This document shows positions 1-7,684 of a stretch of 58,626 nucleotides of DNA, piece by piece. Within the stretch, counting starts at the first letter, position 1; every line of letters begins with the position of its first letter. The stretch is from an uncultured Spirochaetaceae bacterium (GTDB taxonomy: Bacteria > Spirochaetota > Spirochaetia > Treponematales > Treponemataceae). A program made the position numbers and the translations under genes. Where the stretch lies: contig CACYCX010000116.1 in the NCBI GenBank assembly GCA_902772975.1, positions 1 through 58,626 of the forward strand. The letters run 5' to 3'. Under the pieces are notes generated by a model. That model was not told the origin of the DNA, searched no databases, and saw nothing but the letters and a program-made list of their open reading frames with translations.

Positions 1-295
1 CCTTGTAAAACTTATCTTGAGTCTTTCCTTTTTTATCTCCGCCGGTAAGCAAAAAAGCTTTCCTCTTGGAATCAAAATAATAGGAAACTCTCAAAAGATG
101 TTGTTGAGTCTGATTTCTTAATTCTTTCAGGTTCTTATATTTTTTTGAACCATGAAGAACATCTGCATAAGGACGAGGAAGATTTGGGCCGTACTGTTGT
201 AGTAAAAGAACTCTTTGCAAAACGGCCTCTTTACTTTCATCGTCCAATGCTAAAAACCAAGCATCGAATTCATCTGATGAATCTACATTCCACAT
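1..295 (-). CDS. Type II toxin-antitoxin RelE/HigB-like (Gp49-type) toxin, partial (3' end runs off the window)
   Basis: Manual minus-strand translation from ATG 295: MWNVDSSDEFDAWFLALDDESKEAVLQRVLLLQQYGPNLPRPYADVLHGSKKYKNLKELRNQTQQHLLRVSYYFDSKRKAFLLTGGDKKG... It shows the GPxLxRPYAD, KNLKELR and LLxGGDK motifs typical of the family. Not in the ORF track because there is no stop in the window. Confidence 0.88.
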   Translation of the reverse strand, partial: MWNVDSSDEFDAWFLALDDESKEAVLQRVLLLQQYGPNLPRPYADVLHGSKKYKNLKELRNQTQQHLLRVSYYFDSKRKAFLLTGGDKKGKTQDKFYK

Positions 296-330
296 AAATT
301 ATTATATGAACTAAAGTGAATATTTGTCAA
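296..330 (-). promoter_or_regulatory. sigma70 promoter of the toxin gene (probably leaderless)
   Basis: Minus strand TTGACA (330-325), 18 nt, TATAAT (306-301), 5 nt, ATG; no Shine-Dalgarno. Confidence 0.7.
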
Positions 331-376
331 TAAGAATAAATATGGGACTTTTAAATAAGTCATATATCTGTTTATG

Positions 377-401
377 TGATATAATATTAAATATTCAGGA
401 G
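377..401 (+). promoter_or_regulatory. cas9 extended -10 promoter and RBS
   Basis: TGaTATAAT at 377-385; AGGAG at 397-401, upstream of ATG 411. Confidence 0.6.
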
Positions 402-410
402 ATTGTTGGT

Positions 411-3400
411 ATGAATTGCGGAAAGTGGCGTTTAGGCTTAGATTTGGGGACAAACTCAATTGGGTGGAGTGTTTTTTCATTAGATGATGATAATAATGTT
501 TTAGAACTTAAAGATATGGGTGTCAGAATTTTTTCTGATGGGCGAGATCCAAAAACAAAAGAACCTCTAGCTGTTGAACGTAGGACGGCACGGTCTCAGC
601 GAAAATTGTTTTACCGGAGAAAACTCAGAAGAAAGCAGACCTTCAGGTTATTACAAACGCAAGGACTTTTCCCAAAACGAAAAGAAGATTGCTTAAAACT
701 GAAATCTGAAGATCCATATTTATTTAGGATAAAGGCACTTGATTCAAAACTTGAACCTTATGAACTTGGTCGTGCATTATTCAATCTTGCTGTTCGAAGA
801 GGTTTTAAAAGTAATCGTAAAGACGGAAGTCGAGAGGAACTTTCTGAAAAGAAAACTACAGATGAAATCAAGTCTCAGTCGGATATGCAAACTAATCTTG
901 AAAAAGCCATCAGAGAAAGTGGTTGCAGAACTATTGCAGAATTTCTTGTTAAAAATCAAAAAGAAAATGGTGGTTTACGATTTGTTCCTGGAAGAATGAC
1001 TTATTACCCAACTAGAAAAATGTACGAAGATGAATTCTTCCAGATAAAATCAAAACAGATAAAGTATTATTCGAACATTGACTGGGATGCAATTTATAAA
1101 TCAATTTTCTATCAGCGTCCCTTGAAAGCTCAGACTCGCGGATATTGTATTTATGAAACTGATAGGGAAAGAACATTTAAAGCTATGCCTTGTTCTCAGA
1201 AACTCAGAATTTTACAGGATATAAGAAATCTTGCTTATTATGATTCAGCAAAACAAAAAAAAGAATTGAACTGTGATCATGATAAGATTTTATATGAATT
1301 ATTGAATTCAAAAGATAAAGTAACTTTTGATCAGATGCGAAAAGCATTGAACTTGTCAGAAAATATTACTTTTAATCTTGAAGAAAATCGTGATTTTCTT
1401 ATTGGAAATCCAACAGCGGTAAAGATGCGGAGTAAAAATCGCTTCGGAAAATTGTGGGATGAAATTCCGCTTGAAGAGCAAGATAGAATTATTGAGACAA
1501 TTATCACAGCTGATGAAGATGAGCAGGTTTATAAAGTAATTGAAAAGTATTCACTTTCTGAAGAACAAAGAAATTTCATTGTAGAGAATACAGTTCTGCA
1601 AGCTGGCACTTCAATGCTTTGTAAAGAAGTTTCAGAAAAACTTGTTAAACGGATGGAAGAAATTACAGATTTAAAGTTTCATGATGCAGTTTCATCGCTT
1701 GGATATAAGTTTTCTGACCAGAGCATAGAAAAGTGTGATTTATTGCCATATTACGGAAAGATTCTTACCGGTTCTACAATGGGTGTAAATCTTTCCGAGC
1801 CGGAATCAAATCCCGAAAAACGATATGGTAAAATCAGTAATCCTACAGTTCATGTTGCATTAAATCAGACCCGTGTCGTAGTTAATTCTCTGATTAAAGA
1901 ATATGGGAAGCCTTTTCAGGTTGCAATTGAATTAAGCCGTGATTTGAAAAACAGTGTAAAAGAAAAAGCTGAAATTTCAAGGAAACAAACTCAAAGGGCA
2001 AAAGAAAATATTAAAATAAATGAATCAATTTCAGATTTATATCATAAGGCTTTTCCTGGAAAAACATTTTTCCCAAACCGTACTGACCGTTTAAAATATC
2101 GTTTGTGGGAGGAATTGGGATTAGGAAATAAATGTCTTTATTGTGTTAAAGGAATAACAGCATCAGAATTATTTACAAAGGAAATTGAAATTGAACATAT
2201 ATTGCCTTTCAGTCGAACGCTTCTTGATTCAGAACATAATTTAACTTTAGCACATTCTTCATGCAATGCATTTAAGGCCGAACGTTCTCCTTACGAAGCC
2301 TTTGGCTCAAATCCTCAAGGTTATAATTGGAATGAAATTGTAACCCGTGCAAATCAATTAAAAGATGCATCTAAAAAGAATAAATTTTCTCCAACTGCAA
2401 TGGAAAGATTTGAAAAAGATTCAAGCTTCATCACCCGCCAGCTTACAGATAACCAGTACATTTCAAAAGCTGCTTTGCGGTATTTAAAATGTCTTGTAGA
2501 TAATCCTGCAGACGTATGGGCAACAAATGGAAGTATGACAAAACTTCTTAGAGATAAATGGGCAATGGATTCTATACTTTGCCGTAAGTTTACAGAAAAA
2601 GAAGTTGCTGCACTCGGTTTAAAACCTGAACAAATTGGAAACTATAAGAAAAACCGATATGACCACAGACATCACGCGGTTGATGCAGTTGTAATAGGAT
2701 TAACAGACAGAAGTCTTGTACAAAAACTTGCTAACAAAAATTCTCATAAATCAAACCGAATTGAAATACCTGAATTTCCTATTTTACGAGCAGATTTAAT
2801 TGAAAAAGTTAAAAATATTATTGTAAGTTTTAAGCCAGATCATGGTGCAGAAGGTAAGCTTTCTAAAGAAACACTACTTGGAAAAATCAAATTACACGGA
2901 AATGAAGTATTTGTTTGCCGCGAAAATCTTGTTTCTCTTTCAGAACAAAACCTTGATGACATTGTAGATGAAAAAATCAAACAAAAAGTAAAAGATTATG
3001 TATCAAAGCATAATGGCGAAAAAATTGATTCTATACTTACAGCATTTTCTCAAGAAACAGGTATTAAAAAAGTTCGTTGCAAAAATCGCGTTCAAAAGCC
3101 TATAGAAATAACCTCTGGCGAAGTGCCTAGATATTTAGCTCCAGAAGATTATTTTGCAGCTATAATTTGGGAAATACCAGGCGAGAAAAAATCTTACAAA
3201 GCGCAGTATATCAGACGAAATGAAGTTGAAAAGAATTCAAATGGTAAGAATGTCGTAAAACAAGATGTTTTGGAATCTGGCAAACCGCACCCAGCGGCAA
3301 AACAGATTTGTATGTTACATAAAGATGATTATTTGGAATTTAGTGATAATGGAAAATTGTATTTATGTAGAATTGCAGGATATGCAGCAACAAGTAATAA

Positions 3401-3590
3401 ACTTGACATTAGACCAATTCATGCGGTTACATATTGCGCAGACTGGATTTACTCAACAAATGAAACAATGCTTACTGGATATTGGAAACCTACTCCTGGA
3501 CAAAACTGGATATCAGTAAATGTACTATTTTCACAGCTTCAAGCTCATCCAGTTACAGTTTCTCCGATTGGAAAGGTTTTCAGAAAATAG
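411..3590 (+). CDS. cas9: Type II-C CRISPR endonuclease Cas9 (~1059 aa)
   Basis: RuvC-I GLDLGTNSIG, Arg-rich bridge helix (RRTARSQRKLFYRRKLRR), RuvC-II IELSRD, HNH EIEHILPFS...N...CN, RuvC-III RHHAVDA. Followed by cas1-cas2 with no csn2 or cas4. Start moved from 324 to 411 on RBS and motif position. Confidence 0.97.
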   Translation: MNCGKWRLGLDLGTNSIGWSVFSLDDDNNVLELKDMGVRIFSDGRDPKTKEPLAVERRTARSQRKLFYRRKLRRKQTFRLLQTQGLFPKRKEDCLKLKSEDPYLFRIKALDSKLEPYELGRALFNLAVRRGFKSNRKDGSREELSEKKTTDEIKSQSDMQTNLEKAIRESGCRTIAEFLVKNQKENGGLRFVPGRMTYYPTRKMYEDEFFQIKSKQIKYYSNIDWDAIYKSIFYQRPLKAQTRGYCIYETDRERTFKAMPCSQKLRILQDIRNLAYYDSAKQKKELNCDHDKILYELLNSKDKVTFDQMRKALNLSENITFNLEENRDFLIGNPTAVKMRSKNRFGKLWDEIPLEEQDRIIETIITADEDEQVYKVIEKYSLSEEQRNFIVENTVLQAGTSMLCKEVSEKLVKRMEEITDLKFHDAVSSLGYKFSDQSIEKCDLLPYYGKILTGSTMGVNLSEPESNPEKRYGKISNPTVHVALNQTRVVVNSLIKEYGKPFQVAIELSRDLKNSVKEKAEISRKQTQRAKENIKINESISDLYHKAFPGKTFFPNRTDRLKYRLWEELGLGNKCLYCVKGITASELFTKEIEIEHILPFSRTLLDSEHNLTLAHSSCNAFKAERSPYEAFGSNPQGYNWNEIVTRANQLKDASKKNKFSPTAMERFEKDSSFITRQLTDNQYISKAALRYLKCLVDNPADVWATNGSMTKLLRDKWAMDSILCRKFTEKEVAALGLKPEQIGNYKKNRYDHRHHAVDAVVIGLTDRSLVQKLANKNSHKSNRIEIPEFPILRADLIEKVKNIIVSFKPDHGAEGKLSKETLLGKIKLHGNEVFVCRENLVSLSEQNLDDIVDEKIKQKVKDYVSKHNGEKIDSILTAFSQETGIKKVRCKNRVQKPIEITSGEVPRYLAPEDYFAAIIWEIPGEKKSYKAQYIRRNEVEKNSNGKNVVKQDVLESGKPHPAAKQICMLHKDDYLEFSDNGKLYLCRIAGYAATSNKLDIRPIHAVTYCADWIYSTNETMLTGYWKPTPGQNWISVNVLFSQLQAHPVTVSPIGKVFRK

Positions 3591-3638
3591 TTTTCCTTCT
3601 GCAATCATAAAATTAGCTGTTTATGCCGATAAATAAGT

Positions 3639-4559
3639 GTGCTGAATAGATTGTTGGAGATTGCAGAAGAAAATCGCTATCTTTCTCTAAAGCGTGGCTT
3701 TATTGTCGTCCAGCAAGGTGAACAGGAACTTGGTTCTGTACCGTTGGATGATATTGCCGTTTTATTGCTTTCGGCACAAGGCGTCACAATAACAAAAAAT
3801 GTTTTAAATGCTCTTGCAGAAAAAGGTTGTATAACGATTTTTTGTGGGGCAAATTACATTCCTTTGAGTATGGTTTTGCCAATTGCCAGTCACACATATT
3901 TTACAAAAATCATAAAAACACAGATAAATGCGACAGAGCCATTTAAAAAAAGAATATGGCAGCAAGTTGTAATTCAGAAAATAAAAAATCAGGCATTGAG
4001 CTTAAAATATTGTTATAAAGAAAAAGATGTAAAACTTATTGAGAAAATTTCATCTATGGTAAAATCAGGAGATCCAGATAATCGAGAGGCTTATGCTGCA
4101 AAAATTTATTGGAAAGCATTGTTTGGTGATTCTTTTGTAAGGGATAAAGATGGAGTAGGAATAAATGCATTTTTGAATTACGGCTATGCGATTATGCGAG
4201 CAGGAATGGTAAGGGCAATTTGCTCACATGGTTTGATACCTTCTTTGGGCGTTCATCATGACAATAATCTAAATCAATTTTGTCTGGCAGACGATTTATT
4301 TGAAATCTACAGGCCAATAGTTGATACATTTGTTTATAAGCTTATAGAAAAAGGTGAAACTGAATTAAAGCCGGAAAACAAGAAAGTTTTGGCAAGCCTA
4401 TTAAAAGTGAAAGTTCGTACTTCCGAAGGTGAAAGTCCTGCAGTTCAAAGTATGCAATATATGGCTTCTTCTTTTGTAAATGCATTGGAAGTTGGAAAAC
4501 CTGATATTGAGTTACCGATTTGGGAAGGAAATGAAGATGGAATTACCATTGTTGAATAG
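3639..4559 (+). CDS. cas1: Type II CRISPR-associated Cas1
   Basis: NREAYAAKIYW, NAFLNYGYAIMR, LGVHH..N.FCLADDLFE motifs; position after cas9. Confidence 0.96.
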   Translation: MLNRLLEIAEENRYLSLKRGFIVVQQGEQELGSVPLDDIAVLLLSAQGVTITKNVLNALAEKGCITIFCGANYIPLSMVLPIASHTYFTKIIKTQINATEPFKKRIWQQVVIQKIKNQALSLKYCYKEKDVKLIEKISSMVKSGDPDNREAYAAKIYWKALFGDSFVRDKDGVGINAFLNYGYAIMRAGMVRAICSHGLIPSLGVHHDNNLNQFCLADDLFEIYRPIVDTFVYKLIEKGETELKPENKKVLASLLKVKVRTSEGESPAVQSMQYMASSFVNALEVGKPDIELPIWEGNEDGITIVE

Positions 4560-4872
4560 GTATGAGCTTATGTGGATGATAGTTTTATTTGATTTACCTG
4601 TCGTTGAGAAGAAAGAACGAAAAGAGGCTACGAAATTTAGAAATTATCTTTTGGATAATGGATTTTCAATGATTCAATATTCAATTTATACAAAAATGTT
4701 TTCCGGTAAAGATGCCTGCGAAAAATACTACAAAATGATAAGACAAAACTTGCCAGCAGAGGGAAAAGTAGATATTATAACTATTACGGATAAACAGTAT
4801 GGAAATATTATCAGCTATCAAGCTGCAGAGAAAATTGAAAAAAAACAGCAGGAACAGCTCGTTTTGTTCTGA
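4537..4872 (+). CDS. cas2: CRISPR-associated Cas2
   Basis: MWMIVLFDLPV, FRNYLLDNGFSMIQYSIY, ITDKQY motifs; exact start uncertain (4531-4570). Confidence 0.95.
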   Translation: MELPLLNRYELMWMIVLFDLPVVEKKERKEATKFRNYLLDNGFSMIQYSIYTKMFSGKDACEKYYKMIRQNLPAEGKVDIITITDKQYGNIISYQAAEKIEKKQQEQLVLF

Positions 4873-4881
4873 TTTTTTGAC

Positions 4882-4942
4882 AAAAAAAATACGTCTGACG
4901 CAACTTAATTCTATACAACAAAAGGAATTGCATCAGACATAT
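4882..4942 (-). terminator. Intrinsic terminator for minus-strand crRNA transcripts
   Basis: 17-bp arms at 4889-4905 and 4926-4942. All 3 mismatches become G-U pairs only in minus-strand RNA, and the stem is followed by a U8 run (A tract 4882-4889). Confidence 0.7.
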
Positions 4943-5372
4943 TATAACTGATTAATTTTTCCGGTCAACCTGCAACAAGTAGTTGACGGTGACGTTCTGT
5001 TCGGACATTATAACTGATTAATTTTTCCGGTCAACCTGCAACAAGCATGAGATTAAGCAGAATTGTATAAGCATTATAACTGATTAATTTTTCCGGTCAA
5101 CCTGCAACATAAAGCCTGTTATATCGCTTTTTAATTGAATTATAACTGATTAATTTTTCCGGTCAACCTGCAACAAAAAAATCACTTTCCATAAAAGAAA
5201 AGCAATTATAACTGATTAATTTTTCCGGTCAACCTGCAACAGAGCGTTAATCTTTTCATTCGCCTCGTCCATTATAACTGATTAATTTTTCCGGTCAACC
5301 TGCAACCTTTGGAACGTTGCTGCCAATCTCGTAATAATTATAACTGATTAATTTTTCCGGTCAACCTGCATC
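4941..5372 (-). CRISPR. CRISPR array: 7 x 36-bp repeats, 6 x 30-bp spacers
   Basis: Repeat ATTATAACTGATTAATTTTTCCGGTCAACCTGCAAC (+) at 4941, 5007, 5073, 5139, 5205, 5271, 5337; the last ends TGCATC (degenerate). The minus-strand form GTTGCAGG...GTTATAAT is typical of II-C crRNA orientation. Confidence 0.98.
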
Positions 5373-5378
5373 GCTTTT

Positions 5379-5699
5379 TTAATCAATTACAACTGCTGTG
5401 CCGCTGGCTGTGACCATAAGCATGCTGTTGTTCTGACCGAGAATTTCGTAATCAATATCTACGCCGACAATTGCGTTGGCTCCAAGTTCCCTTGCGCGGT
5501 CTTCCATTTCTTCGATTGCCTGTTCTCGCGCATCAATCAGTTCATCTTCATAAGTTTGTGAGCGGCCTCCGACAAAATCCCTTAAACGTGCCAGAGCATC
5601 TGAAATAAAATTCACGCCGGAAATTACTTCGCCAAAAACAATTTTTTTGTATTCAATTATGTTGTGCCCCTTAATGGACGGTGTTGTTGTAGTAATCAT
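5379..5699 (-). CDS. YbjQ/UPF0145 family putative heavy-metal-binding protein
   Basis: MITTTT...[10 protein letters not shown]...[16 protein letters not shown]...[13 protein letters not shown]...[11 protein letters not shown]; start set at 5699. Confidence 0.9.
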   Translation of the reverse strand: MITTTTPSIKGHNIIEYKKIVFGEVISGVNFISDALARLRDFVGGRSQTYEDELIDAREQAIEEMEDRARELGANAIVGVDIDYEILGQNNSMLMVTASGTAVVID

Positions 5700-5767
5700 A
5701 ATTTTATTGTACATTCCGTTCTGCTTTTTTTCAACTTTATGCGCAGGAAATTAAAAGATTTTGAAAT

Positions 5768-5796
5768 TTGACTAATTTTAGAGAGAGGAATACAAT
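5768..5796 (+). promoter_or_regulatory. sigma70 promoter for 5847 gene
   Basis: TTGACT-17 nt-TACAAT. Confidence 0.55.
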
Positions 5797-5846
5797 ATTA
5801 CCGAATAGGTTAAAAATATACCACCATATTTTCCAGGGAGTTTGAT

Positions 5847-7142
5847 ATGAAAAAAGTCATAGTGCCAGTGTTGTTGCTCGTAACAGGATTTTCAGTTTTT
5901 TCTCAATCACAAGATTTGTACAAAAGAGAATTGCCTGAGATTCCAAAATCTTCTTCAGCTGATACTAGCGGTAGTTGTAAGGCAAATGATATTTCGACAT
6001 TAAAAGTCGATGACAAAATCCATTATATTGAAATTTCTTCAATCGAAAATATCGGCTTGATTCAGGTTGCAGCGATAAGTGATTTTGAAAATCTGATTTC
6101 TGAAAAAAATATTACGACACTTTACTGTCTTTATTCTGAAGGCAAAAATAGACTTTATGCGATTTCTGATAATGCAGGCTTTTGTCTTGATATCGGGTAT
6201 TATAAAAATCTGGCTGATATAGCAAACGGTTTTAATTCCGGTTACGAAAACGGAAAAGATTTTTATGAATCGAAAAACTTGAACATCACTAAAGCGGATG
6301 TTTACTACTATTATAAAGCAAATGATTTTTCTTCAGTTGAAGACTGTTATGATGCCTGGAATAACGAGTTTTTCTTTGTTCCTGATGAAATGAAAAATCA
6401 TTATGATGACCAGCCAAAAAAGAAATTGAGCGAAGTTTATTATGCGGCAAAAGAAAAAGGATTTTCGACTTATGCTGATTTTGCGGAATATCTTTTTTAT
6501 ACAAAATACGGATTTAAGAACAAGAAAGATTATTTGAGTGCAAAGGAAACTGGTTTTTCAGATGGTGGAAGTTATTATTACGCAATTGAAAATGGATTTG
6601 ACTTTGGAAAGGATTACTATCTTGCAAGTTCTGTTGGAATAAAAAATTTTGAGTCATATCAGAATTGGGCTCAGATGATTTGTGATATAGAAAAAATTTG
6701 TAAAACCAAAAGCTTTGATAAAAAGTATGGTTCAATTTATTATTTTCTCCAGTCTCTTCCAAAAGACGATTATTCAGTAAATGCGCTTTCTAACACGATT
6801 AAAGAAAATATTTTCCAAATGGATTCAAATATTATCCGCGCTTTGAATATGTATCTGAATAATATTGAGCGTGTTGATTCATATGAATATAAAATATCAA
6901 ACAAGCGGTATGGCGAACGGATAACTTTAATAGATGAAATTGTCTCAACTGAATCAATTATGAATTTTATTGAGAATGCTGATGTAAAGCCGCTCGGTTC
7001 ATATAACGCGAAAACTGATATTTTTAAGAAAAAACTTCAGCTGGATACAGGAATCAAAGGCAATATAAAAGATATTGAAAATATTCCTCTTTATACGAGA
7101 AAGGTTGCGCCTGCTTCAGCAGGAAATTCCAGTGCGCAGTAA
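5847..7142 (+). CDS. Secreted/periplasmic hypothetical protein with internal 14-aa GF-x5-Y repeats
   Basis: Sec signal peptide MKKVIVPVLLLVTGFSVFS; GGGAG RBS; repeated GFxxxxDY units. Confidence 0.75.
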   Translation: MKKVIVPVLLLVTGFSVFSQSQDLYKRELPEIPKSSSADTSGSCKANDISTLKVDDKIHYIEISSIENIGLIQVAAISDFENLISEKNITTLYCLYSEGKNRLYAISDNAGFCLDIGYYKNLADIANGFNSGYENGKDFYESKNLNITKADVYYYYKANDFSSVEDCYDAWNNEFFFVPDEMKNHYDDQPKKKLSEVYYAAKEKGFSTYADFAEYLFYTKYGFKNKKDYLSAKETGFSDGGSYYYAIENGFDFGKDYYLASSVGIKNFESYQNWAQMICDIEKICKTKSFDKKYGSIYYFLQSLPKDDYSVNALSNTIKENIFQMDSNIIRALNMYLNNIERVDSYEYKISNKRYGERITLIDEIVSTESIMNFIENADVKPLGSYNAKTDIFKKKLQLDTGIKGNIKDIENIPLYTRKVAPASAGNSSAQ

Positions 7143-7251
7143 AAATCATCCATCCTCCGGTTAGCCATCCTTGCTTTTGATTCGTATAAATAAGTGAGAG
7201 CGGACTGCGGGCGCGGAATGCATAACCGCGGAGCTTTATGAGGAGGGCATT

Positions 7252-7506
7252 ATGAACAAGGTAATCGAATTAAATGAGATGGAACTGGACGGAATCGTAG
7301 GCGGCAACATTTTTGAGGATGCGTGGGATTGGATTTCGGGAGATGCATGGGATTTTGTCAAAGATACTGGAAGTAAGCTTTGGGACAATTTCAAAGAAAA
7401 GTTTTGGGAGAAAGGAATAAAGGAAACATTCTGGACCGGCCCAAAAAAAGTGGTTGAAGCTTTTGGTGACATAATCGAGATTATCTGGAAAGAGTTGAGC
7501 AAATGA
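7252..7506 (+). CDS. Double-glycine-leader peptide precursor (bacteriocin-like)
   Basis: Leader MNKVIELNEMELDGIVGG fits the EL-x3-EL-x2-I-x-GG consensus; strong RBS GAGGAGG; own terminator. Confidence 0.8.
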   Translation: MNKVIELNEMELDGIVGGNIFEDAWDWISGDAWDFVKDTGSKLWDNFKEKFWEKGIKETFWTGPKKVVEAFGDIIEIIWKELSK

Positions 7507-7531
7507 AATTATGTGGCATGTTTATTTGAAT

Positions 7532-7565
7532 GGTTCCTGTTGCGAAATGCAGGAGCCTTTTTTTT
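7532..7565 (+). terminator. Rho-independent terminator after the peptide gene
   Basis: GGTTCCTGT-loop-GCAGGAGCC followed by T8. Confidence 0.8.
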
Positions 7566-7684
7566 ATCCGGGCTCAATTGAAAAAAAGTTGCGCTTATCA
7601 ATTCAAGGGGAATATTTGTCAGGCTCTTTTTTTTCTTTATAATTCGTGGTACAATCACTTTATAGATATTGGAGATTTTGATTT

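Noticed and set aside
171-178. 8-nt match (GGACGAGG) between spacer 5 reverse complement and the toxin gene region
   Set aside because: Too short and at the PAM-distal end; expected by chance
324-410. N-terminal extension of Cas9 in the ORF track (start 324)
   Set aside because: It covers the promoter region; the RBS and RuvC-I position support ATG 411
3591-3612. TTTTCC-TTCTGCAAT as tracrRNA anti-repeat
   Set aside because: Only two short matches, and no room for a promoter, nexus and terminator in a 48-nt gap
7145-7175. TCCGGTTAGCC resemblance to the CRISPR repeat core
   Set aside because: About 11 nt with mismatches and no CTGCAA lower stem; probably chance
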